Shown here: piece by piece, positions 1 to 9,660 of the stretch
How the letters are laid out: every line of letters begins with the position of its first letter
Numbering within the stretch: the stretch's first letter is position 1
DNA from: Gemmatimonadales bacterium
Lineage (GTDB): Bacteria > Gemmatimonadota > Gemmatimonadetes > Gemmatimonadales > GWC2-71-9
Length of the DNA stretch: 64,000 nucleotides
Direction: 5' to 3'
NCBI GenBank assembly: GCA_035763805.1
Contig: DASUAL010000077.1
Span: forward strand, 9,461-73,460
Position numbers and translations under genes: made by a program
The notes under the pieces: generated by a model
What the model saw: the letters and a program-made list of their open reading frames with translations, nothing else
Told to the model about the DNA's origin: nothing
Databases searched by the model: none

Positions 1-362
1 ACCAGCCGCGAGATGCGACTGAGCGCCTTCACATGCGCCCCGGCCGCCGACTCGGGGCCCGCCAGCAGGAAAAACAGCCGCACCGGCTGCCCGTCGATCG
101 TCTCGTACGCCACCGGCGCGGGCGTCGTGCCCGCCACGACGACCAGCGTGGACAGGGCCGGCGTCTTGCCGTGAGGCACAGCCACCCCGTACCCGATCCC
201 GGTCGGGAATTGGCGCTCCCGCTCCAGGATCGCCCCCAGCACTTCCTCCGTCTGGCCCCCGTTCCCTACCATGTCGGCCAGCTCACGCAGCACCCCCTCC
301 TTATCACTGGCGGTAAGGGGTACCCGGATTCGGGCGGGAGTCAGAAGCTCGGACAGGCGCAC
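1..362 (-). CDS. PTS EIIA-like protein (fructose/nitrogen-regulatory IIA family), partial at window edge
   Basis: Manual translation from GTG at 362: MRLSELLTPARIRVPL...ERERQFPTGIGYGVAVPHGKT...DGQPVRLFFLL. Contains the TGIG..VAVPH phospho-His motif. Runs off the window. Confidence 0.85.
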   Translation of the reverse strand, partial: MRLSELLTPARIRVPLTASDKEGVLRELADMVGNGGQTEEVLGAILERERQFPTGIGYGVAVPHGKTPALSTLVVVAGTTPAPVAYETIDGQPVRLFFLLAGPESAAGAHVKALSRISRL

Positions 363-418
363 CGTGTTGTCCAAGTGTCCTAAACGATTGAAGATAGTTA
401 AGTTGCTACACGTTCGCC

Positions 419-1309
419 ATGCACCGCATCTTTGTGCTCCTCGCGGGGTTCGTGCCAGCGGCGCTCCCGGCCCAGGGCAGCGCCGGCACCGCGCTGTGGC
501 GGCTGGCCGCAGCCACGCTCCCGCTGCCGCCAGCGCTCGCGACGGGCGGGACGGGCGCGTTCTGGAACCCCGCGCAACCGGCGGGAACGGAGCGGGCGAG
601 CTTCGCGCTCGATGCGATTGAGACCCCGCCCGAGGTCGGTGCGGCCGGAGTGTTGGTCACGGCGCGTGCCCGAGTGAAGCCGTTCGGCCAGATCGGGCTG
701 GTCTACGGCCGCATGGGGATCGGCGACCTGGTGCGTACGTCGCTCAGCCCTGAGCCCGATCCTGGTACGATCCCCTACCACACGCAGACGGTCGGCGCCA
801 ACTGGAGCGCCGCCACGGGCGGGGCGACGTTTGGCGCGACGCTTGCCTATCAGGACACGAAGCTCGATCTCACGAGCTCAGAGCGCTGGACGTTCGACGT
901 GGGCGCGCGCTACGATGTGTCCGGTGCGCTCACGGTCGCCGCCGCGACGCACTTCTTCTCCCGACTCGCCACCGACGATCCGGCGCAAGACCTGTACGGC
1001 GGTCTCGACCTGCGGGTCTGGCGAGGTCCGCTGTGGGGCGGTCGCGGGACCGTGCGGGGGCGCTACGGCGTTTCGACGGGGCACGGGTTCAGGGCGGATC
1101 ACCTGCTCGGCGCCGGGTTCGAGCTCGGCAGGCCATTCAGCTCGGACCTCGTCGTGGCCCGTGAGGGGAGCCACGGGGCGGCCGCGTGGCGGGTTATCGC
1201 CGGAGTGCGGGTGGCGGTGGGCCGCTACCGCGTGAGCTTCGCCCGCGACGCCGGCCTGAACGACGTCGGCGCCGCCTACCGGGTGGGGCTCGAAGCCACG
1301 CTCCCATGA
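419..1309 (+). CDS. Putative outer-membrane beta-barrel protein (PorV/FadL-like N-terminal WNPA motif)
   Basis: Signal-peptide-like N-terminus, FWNPA motif and alternating beta-strand pattern. ATGA overlap with rlmN. Confidence 0.5.
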   Translation: MHRIFVLLAGFVPAALPAQGSAGTALWRLAAATLPLPPALATGGTGAFWNPAQPAGTERASFALDAIETPPEVGAAGVLVTARARVKPFGQIGLVYGRMGIGDLVRTSLSPEPDPGTIPYHTQTVGANWSAATGGATFGATLAYQDTKLDLTSSERWTFDVGARYDVSGALTVAAATHFFSRLATDDPAQDLYGGLDLRVWRGPLWGGRGTVRGRYGVSTGHGFRADHLLGAGFELGRPFSSDLVVAREGSHGAAAWRVIAGVRVAVGRYRVSFARDAGLNDVGAAYRVGLEATLP

Positions 1310-2370
1310 CGGACCTGCTGTCCCTTACGCCCGACGAGGCGCGTGGCGCGCTGGCCGACTGGGTCGCCGCCCGCGGCGAGCCCGCGTACCGCGTCAAGCA
1401 GATCGTGCCGCGGCTGTGGCAGCGGCCGGTCGGCTCGTGGGACGACGCGCGCGAGCTTTCCGCCCCACTGCGTCGCGACCTGACCGAGGCGTTTCCGCTG
1501 GTGCGCCTGCAGCTGGGCGCTCATCAGGTGTCGCGCGACTCGACCGAGAAGTTCTTGTGGCGGCTCGCCGACGGCGAGGCGATCGAGTCGGTACTGATTC
1601 CGGAGGGGAAGCGCCGCACCCTGTGCATCTCCTCGCAGGTTGGATGCGCGCTCGGATGCGTCTTTTGCGCCACTGGACGCATGGGGTTCCGCCGGAACCT
1701 TACGCCGGCTGAAATCGCAGGCCAGGTTCGCGAAGTCGTGCTGCGTGATGCCGCCGCGAAGCCGACCAACGTCGTGTTCATGGGCATGGGCGAGCCGCTT
1801 CTCAATTGGGATGCGGTGGACACGGCCCTGACCATCCTCAACCGGCCCGAAGGACTCGGGATTGGCGCACGCCACATCACGGTGTCCACGGTGGGCATCC
1901 TCCCGGGCCTCGAGCGGCTCGCGCAGCGACCGGAGCAGTTCCGGCTTGCCCTTTCATTGCACGCGCCGACGCCCCAGCTGCGACACCAGCTGATGCCGAT
2001 CGAGAAGAAATACCGGCTGCCGGACGTGCTCGCGGCGCTCGCGCACTTCCGGCGGCGCATCACGCTCGAGTATGTGCTGATCGGGGGGCAGAACGACTCG
2101 CTCGAGCAGGCGGACGAGCTGGCGGCGGTGGCGCGGCCGCTCGGCGCGCTCGTCAACCTGTTGCCGCTTCACCCCGGCGGCGCGCCGGACCTCGCGCCGA
2201 GCTCTCGCGCGCAGATGGTCGAATTCGAGCGCCGGTTGAAGCGACGCGGCGTCGACGCGGTGCTGCGCAGGAGCCGCGGCCTCGACATCAGCGCCGCGTG
2301 CGGGCAATTACGGGTGGAAGTCGACGCGCGGCGCAAAGTCCGCGCCCAGGAACACGCTCGCGTCGAGTAG
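1306..2370 (+). CDS. rlmN: 23S rRNA/tRNA adenine C2-methyltransferase RlmN
   Basis: CISSQVGCALGCVFC radical SAM motif, FMGMGEPL, C-terminal DISAACGQL. ATG at 1306. Confidence 0.95.
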   Translation: MTDLLSLTPDEARGALADWVAARGEPAYRVKQIVPRLWQRPVGSWDDARELSAPLRRDLTEAFPLVRLQLGAHQVSRDSTEKFLWRLADGEAIESVLIPEGKRRTLCISSQVGCALGCVFCATGRMGFRRNLTPAEIAGQVREVVLRDAAAKPTNVVFMGMGEPLLNWDAVDTALTILNRPEGLGIGARHITVSTVGILPGLERLAQRPEQFRLALSLHAPTPQLRHQLMPIEKKYRLPDVLAALAHFRRRITLEYVLIGGQNDSLEQADELAAVARPLGALVNLLPLHPGGAPDLAPSSRAQMVEFERRLKRRGVDAVLRRSRGLDISAACGQLRVEVDARRKVRAQEHARVE

Positions 2371-2712
2371 CCGGGTACTGTCGAGCTCGACCAGCACGCG
2401 GCCCGCGCCCAGGGCCTTCCGGATCCGCTCGCCCGCACCCGCCAGCCGACGGCGCATCACGATCCGCGTCGAGTCCAGCGCGCCGAGCGAGGGCGGCGCG
2501 TTCCCGAAGGTCACGACGTCGATCCCCGCCCGGCGTAGCACGCGGGAGCCCGCCCTGGCGAGGCCCGGCTTGCCGCTCGCGTTCAACACCTCCACGGTGA
2601 TGCGCGGGCCGTCGTCGCCCGGGACGGGGAACGCGATGACTCGTGCGCGCTCCTCCCGGCATGCGGCGACGGCCAGCAGCAGCGCGCTCAGCGCGCGACG
2701 AGCGAGTTCCAA
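2308..2712 (-). CDS. LytR C-terminal domain lipoprotein
   Basis: VEVLNASGKPGLAR...GIDVVTFGNA...VFLGADF is a LytR_C pattern. TTG at 2712 gives a signal peptide ending LAVAAC (lipobox). Start uncertain (alternative 2760). Confidence 0.72.
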   Translation of the reverse strand: MELARRALSALLLAVAACREERARVIAFPVPGDDGPRITVEVLNASGKPGLARAGSRVLRRAGIDVVTFGNAPPSLGALDSTRIVMRRRLAGAGERIRKALGAGRVLVELDSTRLLDASVFLGADFAPRVDFHP

Positions 2713-3185
2713 AAGGCGACCGTGGCCGGGGTGAGTTGCCAGCCCGAGCGGAGCACCCACTCGATACGCCGGCGGGCGACCTCCTGCAGCACGGCGTCGC
2801 GCTCGCGCGGCACTCGCGCGACAAGCGCCGCGCGGTCGGGTGGGTCGAGCGTACGGGCCGGCTCGAGAAAGTCGGCGAGGTACAACATCCGCCCGGCGTC
2901 ATCCCAATGGGCGTAGCCGACGCTGTGGTAGCGGACTGCGTCCAGCACCCCGCGGTCCCGCTCGCCGTCTTTCGCCGCGCGTGCCGCCGCGCGCACTCCA
3001 TGCGCGAGCGCATCGCTTCGGTTCTCATCCCGCAGGGCGTCGTGGAGCCACGCGGCCCGAAGCCAGCGAGCGCGCTCGGCATCCGGGACGCCCATCGCCG
3101 CCGCCCACTCGGTGAGCAGCGCCGCGACACGCTCGATGTGGGCGCGACGCTCCGGAGTCACCACTGCCCACGAGGGGAGACTCAC
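2688..3185 (-). CDS. HD-domain hydrolase, YqeK-like (Ap4A symmetrical hydrolase family)
   Basis: RRAHIERV...WLHDALR...AHG...AVRYHSVG...LYLADFLEP motifs. Confidence 0.8.
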   Translation of the reverse strand: MSLPSWAVVTPERRAHIERVAALLTEWAAAMGVPDAERARWLRAAWLHDALRDENRSDALAHGVRAAARAAKDGERDRGVLDAVRYHSVGYAHWDDAGRMLYLADFLEPARTLDPPDRAALVARVPRERDAVLQEVARRRIEWVLRSGWQLTPATVAFWNSLVAR

Positions 3186-4072
3186 GCGTCGTTATCCCGG
3201 CTCACTACACCGACGGACACATCGCCGGCCACTCCCTCCCCCAGCACAACATTGTCGATCAGCCGTGTCGCGCCGACCTTCGCCGCGACCATCACAATGG
3301 AGCGGGCCTCGGCGCGGGCCACAGGGCGCAACTGCTCGTCCGCGAGTTCCAGGTACTCCGCAGCGACACCCGGGGCCTTGAGGACGTCCATCCCGCGCCG
3401 TTGCAGCACCTTCGGATCGGCCTCACCGGCGCGCCACGCCTGCTCCACGGTGCGCAGCGCGCGGGACAGCGCGAGGGCGGCGCGGCGCTCGTCGCCGTTC
3501 AGGTAGGTGTTGCGCGAGGAAAGGGCCAGGCCGTCGAGCTCGCGCACCGTGGGCGCGACGTCGATCTCGAGCCCGAAATCGAGGTCCGCCGCCATCTGCC
3601 GCACCAGCATCGCCTGCTGGAAGTCCTTGCGCCCGAACACGGCGAGGTCGGGTTCGACGACGTGAAACAGCTTCGCCACCACGGTGAGCACGCCGGCGAA
3701 GTGCCCCGGGCGCGCCGCGCCCTCGAGCGTGTCCGCCATCGGCCCCGGGGCGACACGCACGAGCGGCTCCCGCGGGTACATCGCCTGCACCTCGGGGACG
3801 AAGAGACAGTCCACCCCCCGCTCCAGGGCGAGCGTCCGGTCCCGGGCGAGGTCGCGCGGGTAGGTCGTGAAATCGTCGTTCGGCCCGAACTGGAGGGGGT
3901 TCACGAAGACGCTCAGCACCACGCGGTCAGAGCGCTCCTTCGCGCGATCGACGAGGCGCAGGTGCCCTTCGTGCAGGTAGCCCATCGTGGGCACGAACGC
4001 GATGCGCCGGCCGCGGGCGCGCTCAGTACGGGACCAAGCGCGCATTTCCTTCGGTCGGGTGATTTCCTGCAT
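3182..4072 (-). CDS. panC: Pantoate--beta-alanine ligase
   Basis: FVPTMGYLHEGHLRL, VFVNPLQF, RPGHFAGV, GLALSSRN, RLIDN. Confidence 0.97.
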   Translation of the reverse strand: MQEITRPKEMRAWSRTERARGRRIAFVPTMGYLHEGHLRLVDRAKERSDRVVLSVFVNPLQFGPNDDFTTYPRDLARDRTLALERGVDCLFVPEVQAMYPREPLVRVAPGPMADTLEGAARPGHFAGVLTVVAKLFHVVEPDLAVFGRKDFQQAMLVRQMAADLDFGLEIDVAPTVRELDGLALSSRNTYLNGDERRAALALSRALRTVEQAWRAGEADPKVLQRRGMDVLKAPGVAAEYLELADEQLRPVARAEARSIVMVAAKVGATRLIDNVVLGEGVAGDVSVGVVSRDNDA

Positions 4073-4073
4073 G

Positions 4074-4889
4074 CTATTTCGGAAACGAATGCTCCGGTCC
4101 CGGGTACCGCCCCTCGCGCACCTCCGCCGTGAACAACCGCACCGCTTCGCGCACGTCCTCCGCCAACGCCGCGTAGCGCTTCACGAACTTCGCGGTGAAC
4201 CGGTCGTTCAGGCCCAGCATGTCGTGGAGCACGAGCACCTGGCCGTCGCACGCGGGCCCCGCTCCGATGCCGATGGTGGGGATGCTGAGCGACTTCGTGA
4301 TCTGGGATGCGAGCGGCGCCGGCACCAGCTCCAGCACGACCGCGAAGGCGCCCGCCTCTTCAAGCGCCCTCGCGTCGTCCTTCAGCCGCTCCGCCGTGCG
4401 CTCGTCCCTCCCCTGCACCCGGTAGCCCCCGAGCGCGTGGACCGATTGCGGCGTGAGGCCGAGGTGGCCCATGACCGGAATGCCCACGTCGACGAGCCGC
4501 CGCACCGTCTCCGCCAGCGGTCGGCCGCCCTCGAGCTTCACTGCCTGACAGCCGGTCTCCGCCATGACGCGCCCGCAGTTTCGGACGGCGTCTTGCGTGG
4601 AAACTTGATACGTGAGAAAGGGCATGTCGCAGACGACCATCGCGCGCTCGGTGCCGCGGCGCACGATCGTCGTGTGGTAAATCATCTGCTCGAGCGTCGC
4701 GGAGAGCGTGGTCGCCGCGCCCGCCAACACCTGATTCACGGAGTCACCCACGAGCAGGATGTCCACCCCGCTCTGATCCAGCAGCCGCGCGAACAGTGCA
4801 TCATAGCAGGTGAGCGTGACGATCCGCTCGCCCCGCTCTTTCATCTTCAGGAGCTCGAGCACCGTGACCGCATTGGGCTGGTCAGTCAC
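4074..4889 (-). CDS. panB: 3-methyl-2-oxobutanoate hydroxymethyltransferase
   Basis: LTCYDALFA, ILLVGDS, VCDMPF, VKLEGG, GHLGLTPQS, GIGAG. GTG start at 4889 overlaps the folK end. Confidence 0.96.
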   Translation of the reverse strand: MTDQPNAVTVLELLKMKERGERIVTLTCYDALFARLLDQSGVDILLVGDSVNQVLAGAATTLSATLEQMIYHTTIVRRGTERAMVVCDMPFLTYQVSTQDAVRNCGRVMAETGCQAVKLEGGRPLAETVRRLVDVGIPVMGHLGLTPQSVHALGGYRVQGRDERTAERLKDDARALEEAGAFAVVLELVPAPLASQITKSLSIPTIGIGAGPACDGQVLVLHDMLGLNDRFTAKFVKRYAALAEDVREAVRLFTAEVREGRYPGPEHSFPK

Positions 4890-5295
4890 GAGGCGCGTCG
4901 AGCTCCGCGATCTCGCGCTTCCAGAAGTCGCGGTTCGGGAGCTCCGGGTGCGGCAGCGTGAGGTCCGGCTCATGCATGGCGCGGTCGCCGTAGCGCACGA
5001 TGTCGAGGTCGAGTGTGCGTGGACCCCAGCGAACCTTCCGCTCGCGGCCGCGCTCGGCTTCTATGGCGCGGAGCTCCCCGAGAAGGTGGGCGGGTGAGAG
5101 CTCGGTTTCGAGGAGGACCATCTGATTCAGGAACGGTCCCTGGGGGACGGGACCGAGCGGCAGCGTTTCCTCCACCCGCGATGCGCGGATCAGACGCGTG
5201 CGCGGCAACGCGCCCAGCCGCGCGCGCGCGTGCGCGAGATGTGCCTCGCGGTCTCCCACGTTCGACCCCAGCGCCACGTAGACCCGCTCCCCCAT
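4882..5295 (-). CDS. folK: 2-amino-4-hydroxy-6-hydroxymethyldihydropteridine diphosphokinase
   Basis: YVALGSNVG, FLNQ, RWGPRTLDLDI, LPHP. Confidence 0.95.
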   Translation of the reverse strand: MGERVYVALGSNVGDREAHLAHARARLGALPRTRLIRASRVEETLPLGPVPQGPFLNQMVLLETELSPAHLLGELRAIEAERGRERKVRWGPRTLDLDIVRYGDRAMHEPDLTLPHPELPNRDFWKREIAELDAPRD

Positions 5296-5319
5296 GGGCA
5301 CCGGGAGAATGGTAATCGG

Positions 5320-7401
5320 CTAGGCGATGCTGGCAAAGCCGCGGGTCAGCTCCCGCAGCATGGCGGCCACGTCCTCGAGCTCGCGGGTGGCGCGCTCCAG
5401 GTCCGAGAGACCCCGGGCCGCCTCGCTCGCGCGCGTAGCCACGTCGTCGGCCTCGGCGCGGTTTTTCCCGGCGATCTCGGCCACCGCATGGATCCGCTGC
5501 CGCAAGTGTGCGAAGGCTTTGTCCTGGTCGCCTGCGGCTTCGGCGATTCGCTGGGCGTGCGCCGTCGCTTCCGCCGTCGCCGCCACGATCGCGTCCAACG
5601 CCTCGAGCGCCCCAGCCGAGAGCTCCTCTACGCCACCGACGTTCACTTGCCCACGCCGCATCTGCTCCACGACCTCGCCGACCTGGCGATGAATGTCCTG
5701 CACCAGGTCGCCGGCTTCCAGCGCGGCGTTGGCGCTCTGCTCGGCCAGCCGCCGCACCTCGTCGGCCACGACGGCGAACCCCTTGCCGTGCTTCCCGGCG
5801 CGCGCCGCCTCGATCGCGGCGTTCAGCGCCAACAGGTTGGTCATGTCCGCGAGCTCTCGGATCGACGCGATGAAGCCGGTGATGCGTCGGCTCACGCCGC
5901 CCAGCTCTTGCACCTTGGCCGAGCTCTCGCCCACGAACGTCTTGAGCGCGACCAGCCGCTCGATGGCGTCGCGGATGCGCCGGCGGTTCTTGCTCGCCAC
6001 GTCGCTGGCTGTGCTGGAAGCCTGGGCCGCCTCCGTGCCGTCCTCCGACACGCGGCGTGAGACCTGCGCCAGGCTCTCGGTCGCCTGCAGCCCGCCCGAC
6101 ACTTCCCCCTCTTCGGCGAGCACGCCTTCCCGAATCACGCCCGTCGATTGGGCGACGGCGCTCGCTGCCTTACGCAGCGCTTCAGCGGCGCGCGCCAGCG
6201 TGGCGAGCTGCTGGGTCATCTTCTCGACCGTGTCGACCAGCGGCCGCCGCAGCTCGGTGATGTGGATCGCCGTGGCCAGCTGGTTCGCGAAGGTCGTGAT
6301 CGTGAGGATGTCCTTCCCCCGGTACACCTTGCGCTTGTGGTGCTCGAGCTCGAGCGTGCCGATCACCTGGCTCCCGAACTTGAGCGGCACGAGGACGAGG
6401 CTCTGCACCGTGAGCGGCGCATCCGCGATGCGCTTATCGCGGGTGGCGTCGTCGATCACGATCGTCTCGCCGCTCTGGAAGACCTGCTCGCGCAGCACCA
6501 CCGTGTCGGCCGACGGCTCCCCCCGCTGGGGACGGCCGATGGCGCCGCGATAGGCGAGCCGCAACCGGCCGTCCTGTCGCCGATAGATCCGGAAGTCGCC
6601 CCAATCCACGAGCCGGTGCGCGAGGCGCTCGATCCGCGCGAACGAGTCGTCGAGGCTGATGTTGCTGGTGATCACCGCCTCGACGGCGTGGATCTTGTTC
6701 AGCTCCTCCGCCGAAATCGCCTCCTCGAGCATGGTCTTGAAGAGCAGCCCGAGAAACGTCAGCAACACGGCGACGATCACCCATACTTCCGGCGGCCAAT
6801 AGACCACCGTACCGACGATGGTCGCGCACACCATGATCGTCGCGCCGTAGCTGATGCACTCGTACCGGAAGATCAGCATCTGCTCGTCGCGCTCGAGCTT
6901 GGCGCGTATGATCAGCGCGAAATAGAACAGGACCCGGCTGAAACCGAAGTAGAACAACGCGTACAAGAGCAGCGGCAGCAGCAGCTCGATGTGCAGGGCC
7001 GGCGTCTCGATGCCCGCGGCGCGCACGATCCAGGCATAGATGCCGTAGGCACCGACGAGCGCCAGGATCTCACGCCCCAGGTTCACCAGGGCCGCACGGA
7101 CCATCTTGCGGTGCCACACCCAGTCCGCGACGAGCACGCTACCGGCGACGGCGAGAACCGTCGCGGGAAGGCCCACGAGCAGGCTCCCCGCGAGCCCGAC
7201 GAGCCCGGTCTGCGTCAGGTACGAGTACTTGCTCAGGGGGATCTGGAGCCCACGGAGCGCGATGCCGGCGGCGAACACGATGCCGACCTCGAGCAACTGG
7301 TCCGTCCAGCGGGGGTCGGCCACGAGCACAGCGATCAGGACCAGCGGCCCCGCGATCGCGAGCCCGCGACTGTACAGCGTGACCAGCCGGTTCGCCGTCA
7401 T
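5320..7401 (-). CDS. Methyl-accepting chemotaxis protein with multi-pass membrane sensor and GAF domain
   Basis: About 230-aa hydrophobic N-terminus, then GAF ([19 protein letters not shown]), then MCP hairpin [42 protein letters not shown] at 7401 overlaps the trpA stop. Confidence 0.9.
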   Translation of the reverse strand: MTANRLVTLYSRGLAIAGPLVLIAVLVADPRWTDQLLEVGIVFAAGIALRGLQIPLSKYSYLTQTGLVGLAGSLLVGLPATVLAVAGSVLVADWVWHRKMVRAALVNLGREILALVGAYGIYAWIVRAAGIETPALHIELLLPLLLYALFYFGFSRVLFYFALIIRAKLERDEQMLIFRYECISYGATIMVCATIVGTVVYWPPEVWVIVAVLLTFLGLLFKTMLEEAISAEELNKIHAVEAVITSNISLDDSFARIERLAHRLVDWGDFRIYRRQDGRLRLAYRGAIGRPQRGEPSADTVVLREQVFQSGETIVIDDATRDKRIADAPLTVQSLVLVPLKFGSQVIGTLELEHHKRKVYRGKDILTITTFANQLATAIHITELRRPLVDTVEKMTQQLATLARAAEALRKAASAVAQSTGVIREGVLAEEGEVSGGLQATESLAQVSRRVSEDGTEAAQASSTASDVASKNRRRIRDAIERLVALKTFVGESSAKVQELGGVSRRITGFIASIRELADMTNLLALNAAIEAARAGKHGKGFAVVADEVRRLAEQSANAALEAGDLVQDIHRQVGEVVEQMRRGQVNVGGVEELSAGALEALDAIVAATAEATAHAQRIAEAAGDQDKAFAHLRQRIHAVAEIAGKNRAEADDVATRASEAARGLSDLERATRELEDVAAMLRELTRGFASIA

Positions 7402-8198
7402 GCGGGCGCCTCGCGCACCGCCGCCGCGAGGTCGCGCATGAGCCGTTCCGCCGCGACGAGGCCGCCCGACCCGAGCGCCTCGACGAGCGCGCTTCCCACG
7501 ACCACGCCGTCCGCGAGCTGCGCCGTCGCCCGCGCCTGTGCGGGTGTACCGATGCCGAAGCCCACGGCCAGGGGCAAGTCGCTCGCCGCCCGCGCGCGCG
7601 CCGCGTGCTCGGCCAGGTCGGGCGGCACGCGGTCGCGCGCGCCCGTCACGCCGAGCCGCGATATCAGGTACAGGAAGCCGCTCGCTCCCCGGACCGCCCG
7701 CGTCAGGCGCTCGGGGGTCGTGGTCGGTGCGATGAGCCGGATCAACGCCAGGGGGCTCTCCCGCACCACGCGCTCCACCGCAGGGTCGGCCCCGGCCGGG
7801 AAATCGGTGAGCAGCAGCCCCGATGCGCCGGCGGCATGCGCGTCCGCCACGAAGCGCTCGAGCCCGTAGGCCATCACCGGGTTGACGTACGTCATGATGA
7901 TCACGGGGATTTCGAGCGCCGCCCGGCGGATCTGCTCCAGAACGCGTGGGACCGTCATCCCCTGGTCGAGCGCCGCCTGGGTGGCGCGCTGGATCGTCGG
8001 GCCGTCGGCTAGCGGGTCCGAGAACGGGACGCCGACTTCGACGAAGTCCGCGCCCCACGTCGGGACGAGCTTCAGTGCCTCGAGGGAGCGCGTGGCGTCG
8101 GGGTAGCCTGCGGTGAGATACGGGATGAGGGCGGCGCGGCGTCCTCCTCCTGCCTCGCGGATGGCCCGCCAGCGCGCCGCGATCGGATGCTCAGACAA
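7398..8198 (-). CDS. trpA: Tryptophan synthase alpha chain
   Basis: [47 protein letters not shown] start at 8198. Confidence 0.96.
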   Translation of the reverse strand: MSEHPIAARWRAIREAGGGRRAALIPYLTAGYPDATRSLEALKLVPTWGADFVEVGVPFSDPLADGPTIQRATQAALDQGMTVPRVLEQIRRAALEIPVIIMTYVNPVMAYGLERFVADAHAAGASGLLLTDFPAGADPAVERVVRESPLALIRLIAPTTTPERLTRAVRGASGFLYLISRLGVTGARDRVPPDLAEHAARARAASDLPLAVGFGIGTPAQARATAQLADGVVVGSALVEALGSGGLVAAERLMRDLAAAVREAPA

Positions 8199-9660
8199 AA
8201 TAGTCGCTGACGTTGATGCCGTATTTCGCGGGGTCGGTGACCTTGACGATGGTGCGGGGGAAGCTGCCCTGGGCATCACGCTGCGCCAGATCCGCGAGAA
8301 ACCCGGGTTGGTGCAGCGCTCCCTCGGGCGAGGCCACGATGCGCACCACCGGCCGGTGGACCTGACTCACGTCGGGATTCGCGCTGTGGACGATCGCTAC
8401 CTCGTAGCTGTCGAGAATGACGCACGTGCCCACGGGATAGATGCCGATCAGGTTGATGAACGCCTTGACGACGACCGGATCGTAGCCGCGCCGGGGGTTC
8501 TCCCACATCTCCTTCAACACCTGGTCGGGCTGGATCGCAATCGTCTGATAGACACGTCGGCTGGTGGCGGCGTCGAAGCCGTCCGCCACCGCGACGATTT
8601 TCGAGTAGATAGACAGGTCGCGCGACCGCAGCGACTTGGGGTAGCCAGTGAGATCCGCCTTCATGTGGTGTTCGTAGGCCACGACCATGCCCCGGTAGGG
8701 GATCTCGCCATAGCCCCGCAGCCCGAACAACGTGAGCACGCCGAGCCAGGGATGCGCCTGCATGATGCGCCACTCCTCATCGGTCAGCCCGGCCTGCTTG
8801 TTGAGCACCTCGAGGGGCACGCGCGATTTGCCCACGTCGTGAAACAGCGCCGCGATGCCGAGATCATAGAGCTGCAGCTTGGTGAGCCCGAGCTTGCGGC
8901 CCAGGGCGACCGAGAAGATGCACACGTTGACGGAGTGCGTGAACGTGTATTCGTCGTAGTCGCGCAGCGTCGTGAGACCGACGAGCGACGCCTCGTTGTT
9001 GAGCACCTGGTCCACGATCGCCTGCACGGCGCGCTTCACCTTCTTCACGTTCGCGGTGCGGCCCATGCGGATGCTGTTGATGACCTCCTTCGTCACCGCC
9101 ACCGAGCGGGCGTAGGTGCGCTTGGCGGCCTCCTTCTGCCGCTCTTCCTCTTCGACGTCCTCTTCGGTCTCGAGCGGCGGCTCGACACTGATCAACGACA
9201 CGCCCGCGTCCACGAGTTTCTGGCCGAGCTCGAAGACCTTGTTCGGGTTGGCCTCTTTGGCCGCGTACGAGAGGAGCAGCGTGACGAACAGCTGGAGCTG
9301 GCGGCGCTCCACGCCCTCGTCGATGCGCACCGCGCCGATGCCGCACTGCTGCAGCACGCCGAGGATGTGAGAGAAGGAGGCGTAGTTGTCGAGGTCGAGC
9401 CGCAGGCGGATGGAGTTCACGAAGATGAATTCGCCCTGCAGTCGCAGCTCGAGCTCTTTCTCCACGTCGAGCAGGTGCTTGGTCGTCGCGGAGAGGTCGT
9501 CGAGCGCCTTCTGGACCTGGGCGTTCTCGAGTGGGTAGAGCTTGAGCGATCGGAACGCGGTGTACAGCACGACGAGGAAGTCACGGCCCGCGTGCCGGAG
9601 GAAGCCGTCCGTGGTTTGGACGGTCTCGGCAATGGATGGGCGAGGGCCGCCCGGGGTCAC
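8191..9660 (-). CDS. HD-GYP cyclic-dinucleotide phosphodiesterase (RxxQ variant)
   Basis: DEYTFTHSVNV, LFHDVGK, HHMKADLTGYP, VADGFDAATSRRVYQ. Confidence 0.9.
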   Translation of the reverse strand: MTPGGPRPSIAETVQTTDGFLRHAGRDFLVVLYTAFRSLKLYPLENAQVQKALDDLSATTKHLLDVEKELELRLQGEFIFVNSIRLRLDLDNYASFSHILGVLQQCGIGAVRIDEGVERRQLQLFVTLLLSYAAKEANPNKVFELGQKLVDAGVSLISVEPPLETEEDVEEEERQKEAAKRTYARSVAVTKEVINSIRMGRTANVKKVKRAVQAIVDQVLNNEASLVGLTTLRDYDEYTFTHSVNVCIFSVALGRKLGLTKLQLYDLGIAALFHDVGKSRVPLEVLNKQAGLTDEEWRIMQAHPWLGVLTLFGLRGYGEIPYRGMVVAYEHHMKADLTGYPKSLRSRDLSIYSKIVAVADGFDAATSRRVYQTIAIQPDQVLKEMWENPRRGYDPVVVKAFINLIGIYPVGTCVILDSYEVAIVHSANPDVSQVHRPVVRIVASPEGALHQPGFLADLAQRDAQGSFPRTIVKVTDPAKYGINVSDYFV

